Source: Stylophora pistillata | Taxonomy: Eukaryota | NCBI RefSeq assembly: GCF_002571385.2 | Contig: NW_019217875.1 | Coordinates: 89,527-153,526 of the forward strand | Length of the DNA: 64,000 bases | Direction: 5' to 3' | In this document: piece after piece, positions 27,086 to 40,052 of the stretch | How positions within the stretch are numbered: position 1 is the stretch's first letter | How the letters are laid out: each line of letters begins with the position of its first letter | Translations under genes and position numbers: made by a program | Notes under the pieces: generated by a model | Databases searched by the model: none | Told to the model about the DNA's origin: nothing | Seen by the model: only the letters and a program-made list of their open reading frames with translations

Positions 27086-28454
27086 AGCTGTTATTACAGT
27101 TGAGCCCACGGTACAGCGGTATTAGTTACAGAGTGCGCGAAAGCGAGGCTTTCGGGTCAAATGGAATCACCTCAACAAATACTCGTGTGACAATTTGACC
27201 TGTGGAGTGATTTCTTCGTTTGTGATTGCAGAGCTGGTAGTTCATCCGGTCAAATTCTGTTGTGAAAATCATGGTGGGGCACTGCATCGCTTATGGATGT
27301 GTTAACAGAAGTAAGAAGCCAGAATGTTCAAAATTGTCGTGGCATTCTTTACCTATAAACAATGCTAAGCTTCTTGGAATCTGGTTGCTTAGAATGAAGA
27401 GAAAAGACCCTCCTGTGTCGAAACATTCTTACCTCTACAGTCAGCACTTTTCTGAAGATTGTTTTAAGCGTTGTGCTGGAGGAAAACGATATCTGAAAAG
27501 TGGATCTGTTCGTACAAGATTCACTTTTTCACCGGAGGAACATAAAGCGGCAAGGTGTTTACAAGAGGCGAATGGACCTTTCCCTGCAGGGTATGTACTG
27601 CAGCAGGCATAGGTGATCTCACCAGCTTGCTTTCCTGAATTGATCATGGTAACATTGAGCTTGTACTTCAAATTCTTTTTCATCTCTGGCAGACATTCAC
27701 CTTTTTTATGGATCACGTCTCCATTTTCACTCGTGCCAACTTCGATGTTTTGTACGTGACCATGTCTGAATAGTCCAAAAGCCTTACTATTTAAATTTTT
27801 ATAGTCTTTATTGCCTTCATTATCTCCCGATTTTCTCTCAATAAAGTAATTCATCATGTTCTCAATTGTGAACGGTGGAAATTCAACACTCTGGATGGGA
27901 CACCAGTTTCTAGCTTGTGGAAACTCGTACGGAGTGTTCGGAGAACTCGTGCTGGACGAGGAAACATCATCATTATTTCTTGAGTCAGATGCTAAGTGTT
28001 TCCAACTTTCGGTGAAATCGTTTTCCCATCCATTTTTTATGTAACTTACAATTCTACAGAAAAAGATAACGTTATATACGCTTAAAAGAGAGAAAAAAAA
28101 ATACTGTTATTGCTGTACGAATATTAGGTAGAAGGAACGATCGTACATCCTACCGCTCACCTGTGCATTAGTCCGCGTTTGTTGGCGTTACTCGAAGCAT
28201 CTACTATCTACACGATATGAAAGCCACGTTCTCAGCCTAGGGTTTGTTAAATGACGAGGACAGTTTCCACTGAGTAATTGTAGCCTCTTTTCTTGTGAGA
28301 AAAATGAAAAATCTGGAGGGGAACTCATAATTATTTTTCTCGAATTTTCCTTATTAGGCGCTTGCTTTCTCCTGAAAGATTGACCCGAAAGCCTCGCTTT
28401 CGCGCACTCTGTAAGTAATACCGCTGTAACGTGGGCTCAACCGTAATAACAGCT
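27086..28454. mobile_element. Internally deleted ISL2EU/Harbinger-group DNA transposon with convergent THAP and SWIM ORF stubs
   Basis: ~75 bp TIRs (AGCTGTTATTAC..GCTTTCGGGTCAA) with AT on each side. + ORF from 27271 is a THAP domain (MVGHCIAYGC..W..SQHF). - ORF ends in a SWIM-like motif (ACCSTYPAGKGPFASCKHLAAL). Both are cut at ~27540. Confidence 0.82.
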
Positions 28455-29174
28455 ATTCCGTACAGTGATTTAAAAGTATCAGCTTATCATGTTTTAAACC
28501 AGTTTTTCACAAGAATCAATAAGAGGGAGAATTCGTTTTTTATACTATGTTCGCTTACCTGAATCTGCTAACCTGAAGAGATAAACCTGTTTTTTACGAC
28601 CCGCCCCAGAAGTAAGTTTCCAATCACGTTTTTTGAATTTTACTTATGAGATTAAGGCTTTATTTGCGTTTTTCTGATTTCGAATTACAAATTTATTTCT
28701 TCTATGTACGATTTGTGGTAGTCGTCTGAGCTGACCAGTTCCGAGTAAGGAATCATATAGTGTACTCCAGGTTTGATGGCATTGGGTCGAGAAACTCTTG
28801 TGTTGGCAGTTAGTATAGCGCAGGAAAACATCAAATGCTTTTGGATCATATGAATTCTCATTTGTTTTTTTTACATTTCGGGTCGAAAATATCTGTGCAA
28901 CTCATCAGTTCGAAAAAAAAATCCCCCTTAACAGACCGTGTCACGTTAAACATAATGAAGATGTAGTTCCGTTTTAACTTGGCGACAGCGCCTTTTTTTC
29001 AATGCCTAGTGGTCATCATTTTAGACTTTGTTTTGGTAAATAATTGTCTCTAACATAAAACATGATGGGCCTGTTATTTAAATAAAGTTTAGCCGTTTTT
29101 AACAAAACCGCGTTCAAGGTCATCTTCAATTTAGCCGAACCTTTTATTTGAACATTTATTTTTGTGAACGGTGG

Positions 29175-29588
29175 AGAACAACTAACCAAACGTCCCAGAA
29201 ATTGCAGACCTTCGTCAATAAGTGCCTTAGGCGAATTTTAAAAATCAGTTGGACTGACAGGGTAACGAACGAGATGCTGTGGGAATTAGCAGGCGAGGAA
29301 CCAATCATAACTCAGATCTCAAAGAGAAAGTGGAGATGGATAGGTCACATCCTAAGGAAACCGGCTAACAACATCACCCGGCAGGCACTACGTTGGAACC
29401 CTCAGGGCAAGAGAAAGAGGGGTCGTCCCAGGAACTCCTGGAGAAGAGGTGTAGAGTCCCAAATGAGAAACTGGGGCCACACTTGGGCCACTTTAGGAAG
29501 ATTTGCCCAGGACAGAACCCGATGGAGGACGGAAGTGGTTAATGGCCTATGCTCCAACCGGAGCTAAGGGAATATATATATATATATA
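29175..29588 (+). mobile_element. 5'-truncated RTE-clade LINE, 3' end
   Basis: KCLRRILKISW..VTNE..KWRWIGHILR..WNPQGKRKRGRPRNSW is a typical RTE C-terminus. Stop at 29567, then a (TA)n tail. Confidence 0.88.
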
Positions 29589-31251
29589 AATGGGTTAAAG
29601 AACATTTTTGATAGGAGAAAGAGAGAGCAAATATCTTAAATGTGAAAAATTCCAACAGCAACATGCCTTTGAATCTTGACTTATTTGCTGGGAGATAAAA
29701 AGAATCTCTCTCATTGCTGTCTCAAGGCCAATATTGCACAAAAAATACCGAGGGCCGATATTCTTCCAGTACGGTCCCGAGCAAGCTTGGTTAATAAGAG
29801 ATTTATTATACGACTGAAGTTCAAAGGGACACAAGTGCGGCATCATTCGGGACCATTCGGGAAAGTGCCCGGTCCAATACTGACTGCCCGAGTCGTGTAA
29901 TAAATTTGATTACAAGACTAGCAATTAAAAGTATTAGCTTGTCATGTTTTAAACCAGTTTTTCACAAGAATCAATAAGAGGGAGAATTCGTTTTTTATAG
30001 TCTGTTCGCTTACCTGAATCTGCTAACCTGAGGAGATAAACCTATTTTTTACGACCTGCCCCAGAAGTAAGTTTCCAATCACGTTTTTTGAAATTTGCTA
30101 CTAGATTAAGACTTTATTTTCTGATTTCGAATTACAAATTTATTTCTTCTATATACGGTTTGTGGTCGTCGTCTGAGCTGACCAGTTCCGAGTAACTAAT
30201 CATATAGTGCACTCCAGGTTTGATCGCATTGCATCGAGAAACTCTTGTGTTGGCAGTTAGTATAGCGCAGGAAAACATCAAATGCTTTTGGATCATATCA
30301 ATTCTCATTTTTTTTTTACATGTCGGGTCGAAAATATCTGTGCAACTCATCAGTTCGAAAAAAAAAAAATCCCCCTTAACAGACCGTGTCACGTTAAACG
30401 TAATATGAAGATGTAGTTCCGTTTAAACTTGGCGACAGCGCCTTTTTTTCTATGCCTAGTGGTCATCATTTTAGACTTTGTTTTGGTAAATAATTGTCTC
30501 TAACATAAAACATGATGGGCTTGTTATTTAGACAAAGTTTAGCCGTTTCTTAACAAAACCGCGCTCAAGGTCATCTTCAATTTAGCCGAACCTTTAATTT
30601 GAACATTTATTTTTGTGAACGGTGGTAAAAGGGACGTAAGCTAATGGTGGAAGGACATTTATTCAAAAAAGTCAACCCTCTCATAGAGAATCTCTACGGC
30701 CCACTTCTTGTGTAAAATCACCGTTTGGATTAGACCTCGGTTAATAACTGGCCCATTATTCTTGAGTATATTTAAACATCTTTTTTACTAAGATCAACGC
30801 TTTTTAATAACTCCTTTGTGGTTGGACCATCGCGCTAATAGTGCGGCCTCCTGAACGTCGACTTTGGCACAGGTTCCCAGCGAAATGACGGTCAGGGAAA
30901 TGCTCACTCACTTAAAAAATTACGTTTTTTTTTTTTCGCGAGGCATCTCCTTTCCTGTCTAGTTAAGGAATAAAAATACGAGTTTGTGTAAATAGTTGCA
31001 TCTTCTTTATGGATCACTTTTAAAATAACTCAATTTTATTCCATTTCATTTGGCTATCTTATTTACCCTAAAACTAGATACTACGCTATCTCGAAGCGTC
31101 ATGTCACTAAGTCAAACAACTATTTGACGACGAGTAATAGTTCGTCCAAGACTGAGTCGGAAAACTTCAAACTAAAGCAGGCTACCTGGTTGTCAACACA
31201 ATATCCCGACATGACCACAATTTTCTGGGGGTAGTAAAGTAGGCCTCTTGC
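29589..31251 (+). repeat. Near-identical copy of 23101-24763
   Basis: Constant offset of 6488 with only a few substitutions seen by eye. A more diverged third copy spans 26739-29174. Confidence 0.9.
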
Positions 31252-32148
31252 AGAAACCATTTACATACATAAAAATTTATGATCAAACCACGTGCTCTAT
31301 CGGTAGACATCACGTTTCAATTTGTCTTGGCGTAGAAAAGTTGATTCGGATGCTATAATGATAATGATAATGATAATGATAAGGAACTTATACAGCGCTA
31401 AAACTATGAACAATATTTAGAAGCACTTTACATAAGTTAAAGTTCTATACCAATTAAAATTAAAACATTCAAAGGCAATAAACGTTATAAATATTGAAAC
31501 AAATGAAAAGCTTTCCTGAAAAAAAAATGGATTTACCTTAAGTATATTAATAATAAGCACTGTATAATCCATTGCGCTTGTGGCTTTGCTTTTGTTTTCT
31601 GGAATTGGTTGAGAAACATCACGCCACTTTCTCAACCAATCAAATGCGACAAATTCCAAGATGATACAATTCCCTTAATGGACACTCGTTTGAGGTGGTC
31701 TTGTTGCACTTCGTTTGAGACCTCATGAGCATTTTATGTCGCATTAGCACACGAATGTTTGGTCAATGCTAATAATAGTGTGTAAGACCGAACTAGTATA
31801 TAACGTAATTGGTGATTAAGTTCTTTATGGCTTGTTGACAAAACATCCGAGCTCGAGGTGAGAAGCACTCAGACTCAAACCTTCGTGGGGGGATTTGCAC
31901 TTAACAACCTCCGAAATATTCGGTGCAAGTAATGCAGGTGAATCATCTCTCTTTCATTGTTTTCATTCTCTCATGCCCTGACGAAACTAGCAGTGTAGCG
32001 GTTGAAACGTTGCGAAAGTATTTCATCCATTAAGATAAATGTTGGAATTTACTACCCGGATTGGGGCAACAGAAAAATTAAAAAAGCAAATGTTTAATTG
32101 CGTAGTCAATAAACGCCCTTCCTTATTTTTTTTTTTTTTCTTAGACTA

Positions 32149-32890
32149 GAAAAGTAGAATCCTTGCGCGCCAAGGGGAATTCTTGAAGAGATGCCGATGC
32201 ACCGAAGGAGCTCCTTGAGTGAGGCTGAGTGAGACTCGAAAAGTAGAATCCCTACGCACCAAGGAGAATTCTTGAAGAGATGCCGATGAACCGAAGGAGC
32301 TCCTTGAGTGAGGCTGAGTGAGATTCGAAAAGTAGAATCCCTACGCACCAAGGGGAATTATAACATAACCAAAGTAAAGCGCGCGCTCTGATTGGTCAAT
32401 TTAGCGTCCCCCATTTGCCCATGGGTGTACGCTGCTGACGTGAGCAAATGCAAAGACTATTTTTCCGCGCGCGCTTGTTTTTTCTGGTCGCGTAAGATTT
32501 GTTAAATAAAAGGGAACTCTTTAGCTACAATGTATCAATGTTATGTTATAAAAAAATGGTAAACACCACAGCGTACACTATTCAGTTATGGATGCACATG
32601 GGAGGTTTGCTAAGCACTCAAGAAGCTAGAGGCGCTCTCGGCTATCGCCTCGAGCGACTCTTACGCTTCTTTCGTGCTTAGCAACCTCCCGCGTGCATCC
32701 ATAACTCAATAGTGTACGCTGTGGTGTTTACCATTTGTTAATTCTTGAAGAGATGCCGATGCACCGAAGGAGCTCCTTGAGTGAGGCTGAGTGAGACTTG
32801 AAAAGTAGAATCCCTACGCACCAAGGGGAATTCTTGAAGAGATGCCGATGCACCGAATGAGCTCCTTGAGTGAGGCGCTGGAAAAGTCGA
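32149..32890. repeat. 89-bp tandem repeat (~4 units) interrupted by a hairpin MITE
   Basis: GAAAAGTAGAATCC unit starts at 32149, 32238, 32327 and 32800. The insertion ~32360-32740 contains a long hairpin at 32557-32733. Confidence 0.85.
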
Positions 32891-33085
32891 GTACCTACTT
32901 TTCGAGCGGAGCTCCTTGAGCTCCTGCGGCGCATCAGTGACGCTTCAAAAGTTTCCCGCGGTGCACTAACGTCATCTTTTTTTCACTGATATTTCAAAAA
33001 AAATATTACAATTGTGAATAAGAATAAGTGTACTAAAATTAATGATATCAAGACGCACGGCATTTTGAAATCTCCGTCAAGAAGG

Positions 33086-33950
33086 ATGGATCGAAAAAAT
33101 CTTTTGCAGATCCTTGTCCTACCTTCTCTCTTTTTTTTTTCAGTTTGTTATCGGGACAGATGAACTAAAGGAAGCTATAAGCTACTTATGTTTTCCAATT
33201 GGAGCAGATGAGGAAGAAAGGATGTCTTGTTCTATCAGGCATACCAGGCCCAGCAGGCAGAGATGGATTACCGGGACGAGATGGAGCACCGGGACGGGAT
33301 GGACCACCCAGACGGGATGGACTACCCGGATGGGATTGGGCATCTGGACTGAAGGGGGAGGTGGGACCACCAGGGCCACCAGGAGTCAAAGGAGACGCTT
33401 GGAACCAACGAAGATGGAAACGGTGTTTTTGGAACCACAACAACTCCGAGACTGATAATGGACGAGTTTTGGTATGTAGGCCATGGTGGCAAATTGTTGA
33501 GAAAAGGGGAGGGGAATAACGTTCGCAATTGACAAAATTGAAAGGGAAGAGACGAAAGTAATCCTATCTGCTGCACCAATGCATTAAGTAAAATTGAGTT
33601 TTGGAATCTTTTCTTCAGGAATGTGCGTTTACTAAGGCTTCCCCAAACACATATCTCCGTGTTGTCTACAAGATCAACACTCGTATCTTCGGTTGCACAA
33701 ACTGTTGCATGAGATGGTTTTTCATCTTCAACGACATTGAATGCAAGGCTCCCGGTTTCATTGATGCCGTTGTCTACCAGAACATCGAACATCCATCGCT
33801 TAACCACCCATGTGCTACAGCACATGGGTGACCGATGGCCTGGTGCTTGTTGGCTTGAACGTTGGTCAGTGCCATGTCTTTGGCATTTTCAACGCCTCTA
33901 CTGGCGGAAACAGGATCATCATTGAGGAGAATGAGCTCTTATTTGCTTAA
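33086..33950 (+). pseudogene. CTHRC1-like copy C
   Basis: Exon-1 donor mutated (GCT/ATAAG), intron 1 reduced to ~30 bp, frameshifts in exons 1 and 3, and YTGWNSVSR partly deleted. Confidence 0.88.
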
Positions 33951-34010
33951 ATCTCTTATTCCTGTTCCACCTCAGGGCATAGTTCTTGATTCATTACAAG
34001 GGTAGTTAAT

Positions 34011-34377
34011 AGGGACCTTAAGCAGTCAGGACGGCAACGCCAAGGAACACTCCGATTAAAAAATGAATTTCTACTCTTAGTTAGAATTTCAAACATGGCT
34101 GCAGGAGCTTACTGTCTCATATGGCGCCACAGCTCAACTTCAGTATGACGTATAAAAGTATCGTTGAGTTCCAAATGAAAATTAAAATAATTTTCCGTCG
34201 CGGTTTCGGTTCGCAGACGACGCAAATTTTGGCGATTTCACGTTGTTGTTTTGCATAGGACGGCTAAGAAATGTACAAAGTTTCAAAACGCACGTGCTGA
34301 GCCCTTGTTCTGCCAATTAGATCTCTTGTTTTTCCACGTCCTCGTTGCCGTCGTCGTCGTGGTTGCTTAAGGTCCCT
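34011..34377. mobile_element. MITE (Harbinger-like, 3-bp TSD)
   Basis: TIR AGGGACCTTAAGCA / TGCTTAAGGTCCCT with AAT on both sides. The empty site is visible in the mirror arm near 44955-44970. Confidence 0.8.
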
Positions 34378-36093
34378 AATATTGCAATGTAAGCGGGGAG
34401 CAGTTAGACACATTGAATTAGCGCTGTCTCCAAAGTTTGGAAGTAAAGCCAATATCTGATAATAAACCTGCGAAGAAAACTATCTATTTTTTTTATTCCC
34501 TTATAACATTTGTGACGGTTACCATAAAATAGGACCGATAAATTAAATTTCGAATTATACTGGCGTAAGTGTTTGTTTTTCCAGTACCTTTTCATTACTC
34601 CACAAAGGACAAGAAATGTTAATTTATTTGGCTTCTCAGACTTGTTAACTCTCTAGTTATTTTAGGAAGCCAACACCCTTTCAGCTCTAAAACTCTAGAG
34701 ATGGTTAAAATAAACAACTAACTACTGCATTTTCCGTCGCATTTATTTCTAAAAAAAGTTCGCGGAAATATTTGGAAATTGCGTTTCCGAGACCCTGAAT
34801 TTCAAAATTTTCTGAGGAAGAATGCTCCCCAGATCCCCTAGTTTGGGGCACCGTCGACGTTCCCAATTTCCGCGCTGTGCGTACACGTTCAAAATCTCAC
34901 TTTATATCCCTGTTTGACCCGTGTTTTGTTTTGATACGATTAAAACATACCATGCAAAAATTATCCCCATAGACATGTTGGCATAATAGCCCGTGATAAT
35001 TCTTTGCATGACACTGTGTTGTTTATATATATAATAAAATCGACGCAGTCCCTTCTGCGTACTTTTGAAGTGGCGTAGCTATAACTTTCCTAACAAATAA
35101 GTGGTTAATGCCTGTCTTTCCTCTCCCCTAACTTCCCGTTCATTAATCCCTTGCATTTTTTCAACTTTATAAAATATAGAGAGATTCGACTCTAAGAAAA
35201 GTGAGACATGGCAACTCGCGCTCAAGTTTTTTCGGTTGTTTTTTTCGGTTGTTTGTTAGCTGGGTTCCCTGTTTGCCACTTCCTCTCCACCCCCCCTCCC
35301 CCCTCCTTACCCTTTAGACTAAGTGACCCTTCTGACTCGTAACGTTTTGTATAATTTCGGGTGTTTGTTTCTTTTTCTGTTTTCGATACGTACTTTGCTT
35401 TAAAATTGCATGTTACTGCGTCGCATATTCAATTGAAGTAACGAGATCTACAACGATACACCTGAAGAAATTTACTTGAGAGGATTTTGGTATTTTTCCC
35501 TGTTTCACTTCTCTAGTATATTGGGCGTCTTTGGCACCCTATCATGAGCCCATGGGCACGGTAATGTGTTAATTGCCTCGACCCCGTGCAAGGGTTGCCT
35601 TCCTTTACGGCCATGTACGGTCAATTTCCCATTGACTTTGATCTCAAAAATGTAGGAAATGGCATCTTACAGGCCTTTATCTCGAAACAATTTTCTGGAG
35701 AACATCGTGTCCCCCTATGGCTCGCGCCCTTTGTGCATAAAATTATTTTTCGCGAACGCACGGGACACGATGCGTCTAGAATGAGTCAAATTCGCTTAAG
35801 CTTACAGGAATGAAACACGCCAGAAACGCATGTGAAAAAAGTATTATCTTTTCGACCTGACCTTTAGTGATGCTTTTGCATAGGATTTTGTGATCAAATC
35901 AAAACAAAAGATCAACTAGAATTAAGTGTTTTGCAGGTTTATTTTCACACATTCTCATGACTTCCACCCTGTACAATTTGGATAACGCTAATTCAGTGGG
36001 CCTAACTACTTCCCGGTTACGATGCGACATCATAAACTGCCCTCATAATGAATCAAGAACTATGCACTTGGGTGGAATAAAACGTCGGCGATT

Positions 36094-37264
36094 TTAAGCA
36101 ACTGGGGGCTCAACCTCCTCAATAATGATCCTGCTGACTGAGATCCAGCCAGTGTAGGCGTCAAAAATGCCAAAGCCATAACACTGACCTACGTGCAAGC
36201 CAACACGCACCAAGCCACTGCCCATTCCAGTGCAGTGGCCTTCTATGTTGACCGGACGAACGATGTAGAGATTGACATTCTGGTACACAATGGCATCAAT
36301 GAGAGCTGGTATGGCGCATTCGATGTCGTTGAAGGTGATAAACCATCTCATGCAACAGTTTGTGCAGCCTCCGATGCGAAGGTTGCCCATGTAAACCACA
36401 CGAAGATATGTGTTTGGGGAAGCTTTGTTGAACGTACATTCCTTAAAAAAAGATTAGAAAAAATCGATAAATTGCTTTAACCTAGCACATAGCCTAGCTT
36501 TTCTTCCCTTCCTCTTCATAATGACGATCGGTAACTGCTTCCCATTTTCTCTACTGTTTGTGTGAGGAGCAAGATTCGTCTACTTGACATACATACCATA
36601 ACTTTTCCAACATCAATATCTGAATTGATGTGGTTATGATCACACTGTTTCCATCTCCTTTGGGTCCCTAGCTTTCCTTGGGTACCTGGCGGCCCTTGTG
36701 GTCCCACTTCCCCCTTGGGTCCGGGTGCGCCATCCTGTCCTGGTATTCCATCTTTTCCTGGTGCTCCATCTCGTCCCGGTAATCCATCTCGACCTGGTGG
36801 ACCTGGTGGGCATGTAACTTTACGGCATTTCTTTCTCGACTCCTGCATAGCAAAATTTCTAATCACAACTAAACATGCCAGTGTGATTATAATTAACGAT
36901 CACCTCTCCAGGAGAAGAAGGATTTTGTAACTTTGTTACTGCGATATGTGAAGCTAAGTATATTTGACTTGTTCATGACAACTGAAAAATGACTCTTCAC
37001 AGGTGAACCACAACTGAAGAAATTGCATATAGTTTGAAAGTATTGCTCGCCGCATCCTGATCCCACCAGTCCGTTCTTATCAGGACGCGTTCGATTGTCC
37101 AAATTAAATTTGTGCTTGACTCAGAAGAGTTTCTTGAGAAATGAATAACCTTACGTAGCTTTTAATTAACTTACGATTTCCTCTAGATCTTCTGTGCCGA
37201 TTACAACCTGAAAGAACAGGAGATAAGACAGCGCAAAGATCTGCAGAAGATTTTGTCAATCCAT
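36094..37264 (-). pseudogene. CTHRC1-like copy D, intact except for a nonsense change at codon 3
   Basis: Exons 37264-37175, 36842-36597 and 36441-36094. Starts ATG GAT TGA where paralogs have CGA. All splice sites and the remaining frame are intact. Confidence 0.85.
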
Positions 37265-38429
37265 CCTTCCTCTGAGAGAGTTAAAAATGCCGTGCTTCCT
37301 GATTTCATCTGAATAAGTGTACTTGGTTTATTTACAATCTTATGATAATGAGGTTTTCACAATAATTGGTCTTTACCTCCACTTTAAAACAAACATGTCT
37401 GCTGGATATTTGGATAGATCGAGATCATATATTGAATTCGAACAATTTGGGGGGTGATTGTTGACCACGCAATTAAATATTGCTATTAGTACAATCAGTT
37501 AAGTTACTGCGCATCACGCAATAGATTCCAAATTTTAACTTAAAGGTCTAAGTGGATGAGACACTTTTTCTTGGTGTGATTTACGAGCAGTAAATCGATT
37601 CTAGCCTTGTAATGTAATGTAATGTAATGTAATCTTTATTTAAACACGATCAATTCATCAGCCTATAAAAATATATGTCATATACGCTAAGATATTTAAA
37701 ATTAAAACTACATACTATAACACTAAAGCTGTTTTCCGTGAATGCCTTCACATATATAAGCCTTTGACGGCATCTTGATCACTAGGAAAAGAGAGGTCGC
37801 AGTATCATGCAGGTCGCTAGTTTAATGTATTGACATATTGGGTATTTCATGTTGGGTGATAAATAGTGCATTGATTTTTCAGGCGTTGCACGAAGTTTGT
37901 GGCAACAGACTTAGTGTATGTATGTACGCAGAGATTTTGTTGTTTTTTTTTTTAATTATTGCAACGATCAATCTATAACAACGGTTGATAGAGAGAAAAA
38001 TTACTTATTTATCACGTATGTGACAGCGACCAGCTCTGCGATCTGTTATAAAACAAACTAAATGTAGGAAAAGGAATGTTCACTTTTCAAGAATGGCAAA
38101 GATATGATTCCTTATTAATTATTACCAGGATCACTGGAATTCAACACAAACCCCCCAGCTAACTCCTGGGATATTTACCTTGCTGTGTGGTTATGTATGT
38201 TTACCGTATACCGTGTGGTATATGCTGAGAAGTTTTATCCGATATGAGCCGTACGGCCCTACGTGTTCTTTTATCAAAAAAGATTGTTCAAAATGAGCCT
38301 ACGAGGCCTGCCACTCAGTCAATAAATGCTTGTAACTGTTTTTCTGCTGTACAAGAGTAGGATCTGTTAATTACACTATGTACCTCAGACGAAAGAGTAG
38401 AGAAATAGTTGCGTATAATAACCTACAAT

Positions 38430-38940
38430 CATTCTATGAATTCGAATATATGAAAATCATAAAATATGTGTATTGCGATCCGCACAGTAATGAACACAAA
38501 TTATGGCCCAGTGAAAATAACGCCTGAAAAAAAATTTGAACCCATAACCTTTGCGATACCGGTGCAGTGTTCTACCAACTGGTGGATGTATAAAAGAAGT
38601 CAAATAAGTATAAGTATAAAAAAGTATAAGAAAGTACAAAAAAGTTAAAAAAAAAAAAATCGTAATGTAAAAAAAAATTCAGGCCCGTACGCTTTCATGC
38701 AATTCTTAAAACCGCAGCACAGATATATGATTTTCATATATTCAAATTCATCGATTCATCACTTCACTGATTTAAATTAACCGAACATACCGTTAAACGC
38801 TCCGTTGGCTTGTTAGTTCAGTTGGTAGAACACTGCACTGTTATCCCAGAGGTCATGGGTTCAAATCCGTACGGGGGCCTGAATTTTTTTCAGGCCTTAT
38901 TATCATTACTGCGAGGATTGCTTTCATACATTTCTAGAAT
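38430..38940. repeat. Inverted pair of tRNA-derived SINE-like fragments at the palindrome centre
   Basis: + copy at 38805-38895 (TAGTTCAGTTGG..GGTTCAAATCC) and - copy at 38510-38582, with related flanks. Confidence 0.6.
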
Positions 38941-39466
38941 CACGAAATTCACTCAACGAAAAATTAATGCTCTCTTATACCCTTGTAATATGAAATACGA
39001 GATGACCAATATGTAAATTCATCAAACTAGCAACATATATTTAACTGCACGATAATGCGACCTATCTTTTGCCAATGGTCAAGATGCCGTACAAGGCTTA
39101 TATATGTGAAGGCTAGAATCGATTTACTGCTCGTAAATCATACCAAGAAGAAGTGTCTCATCCACTTAAACCTTTAAGTTAAATTTTGGAATCTATTGCG
39201 TGATGCGCAAGAAATTAACTGATTGTATTAATAGCAACATTTATCTGTGTGGTCAACAATCACCCCTCCCCCCCCCCCAAATTGTTTGATTTCAATATAT
39301 GATCTCGATCTATCCAAAAATCCAGCACAAATGGTTGTTAAGAGTGGACATAAAGACAATGCAAATTATTGTAAAACATCATTACAGTTACAATTAAAAG
39401 CAACCAAAGTACACAGATGGAATTAGGAAGTATGGCATTTTTAACTCTCTCACGAGCTCAGGAAGG

Positions 39467-39982
39467 ATGGATCGACAAAATCTTATGCAGATCTTTGCGC
39501 TGTCTTATCTCCTGTTCTTTCAGGTTGTGATCGGCACAGAAGATCTAGAGGAAATCGTAAGTTAATTGAAAGTTTCGTGAGGTTATTCATTTCTCCAGAA
39601 CTCTTCTGAATCAGGCACAAATTCAATTTGGACAATCGAGCGCGTCCTGTTAAGAACGGACTGGTCGGATCAGGATATGACGAGCAATACTTTCAAACTT
39701 TAGTGCAATTTCTTCAGTTGTGGATTACCTGTGAACAGTAATTTTTCAGTTGTCATGAACAAGTCAAATATACTTAACTTCATATATCGCAGTAACAAAG
39801 TTACAAAATTATTCTTCTCCAGGAGAGGTGATCGTTAATCACAAGTCATCAAGCCAGGATCTCTAGGATTTCTTCACAGACTGGCATGTCAAGTTGTAAT
39901 TAGAAATCTTGCTTTGCAGAAGTCGAGAAAGAAATGCCGTGAAGTTAAATGGCCACCAGGTCCACCAGGTCGAGATGGATTG
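39467..39982 (+). pseudogene. CTHRC1-like copy E, truncated in exon 2
   Basis: Exon 1 (39467-39556) is intact. Exon 2 stops after GPPGRDGL, where the sequence jumps to the upstream region of copy F. Confidence 0.85.
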
Positions 39983-40052
39983 TAAATAAACCAAGTACAC
40001 TTATTCAGATGAAATTAGGAAGCACGGCATTTTTAACTCTCTCACAGGAAGG

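Noticed and set aside
32149-32890. Regularly spaced repeats resembling a CRISPR array
   Set aside because: Whole 89-bp units repeat with no unique spacers, there are no cas genes, and the context is eukaryotic.
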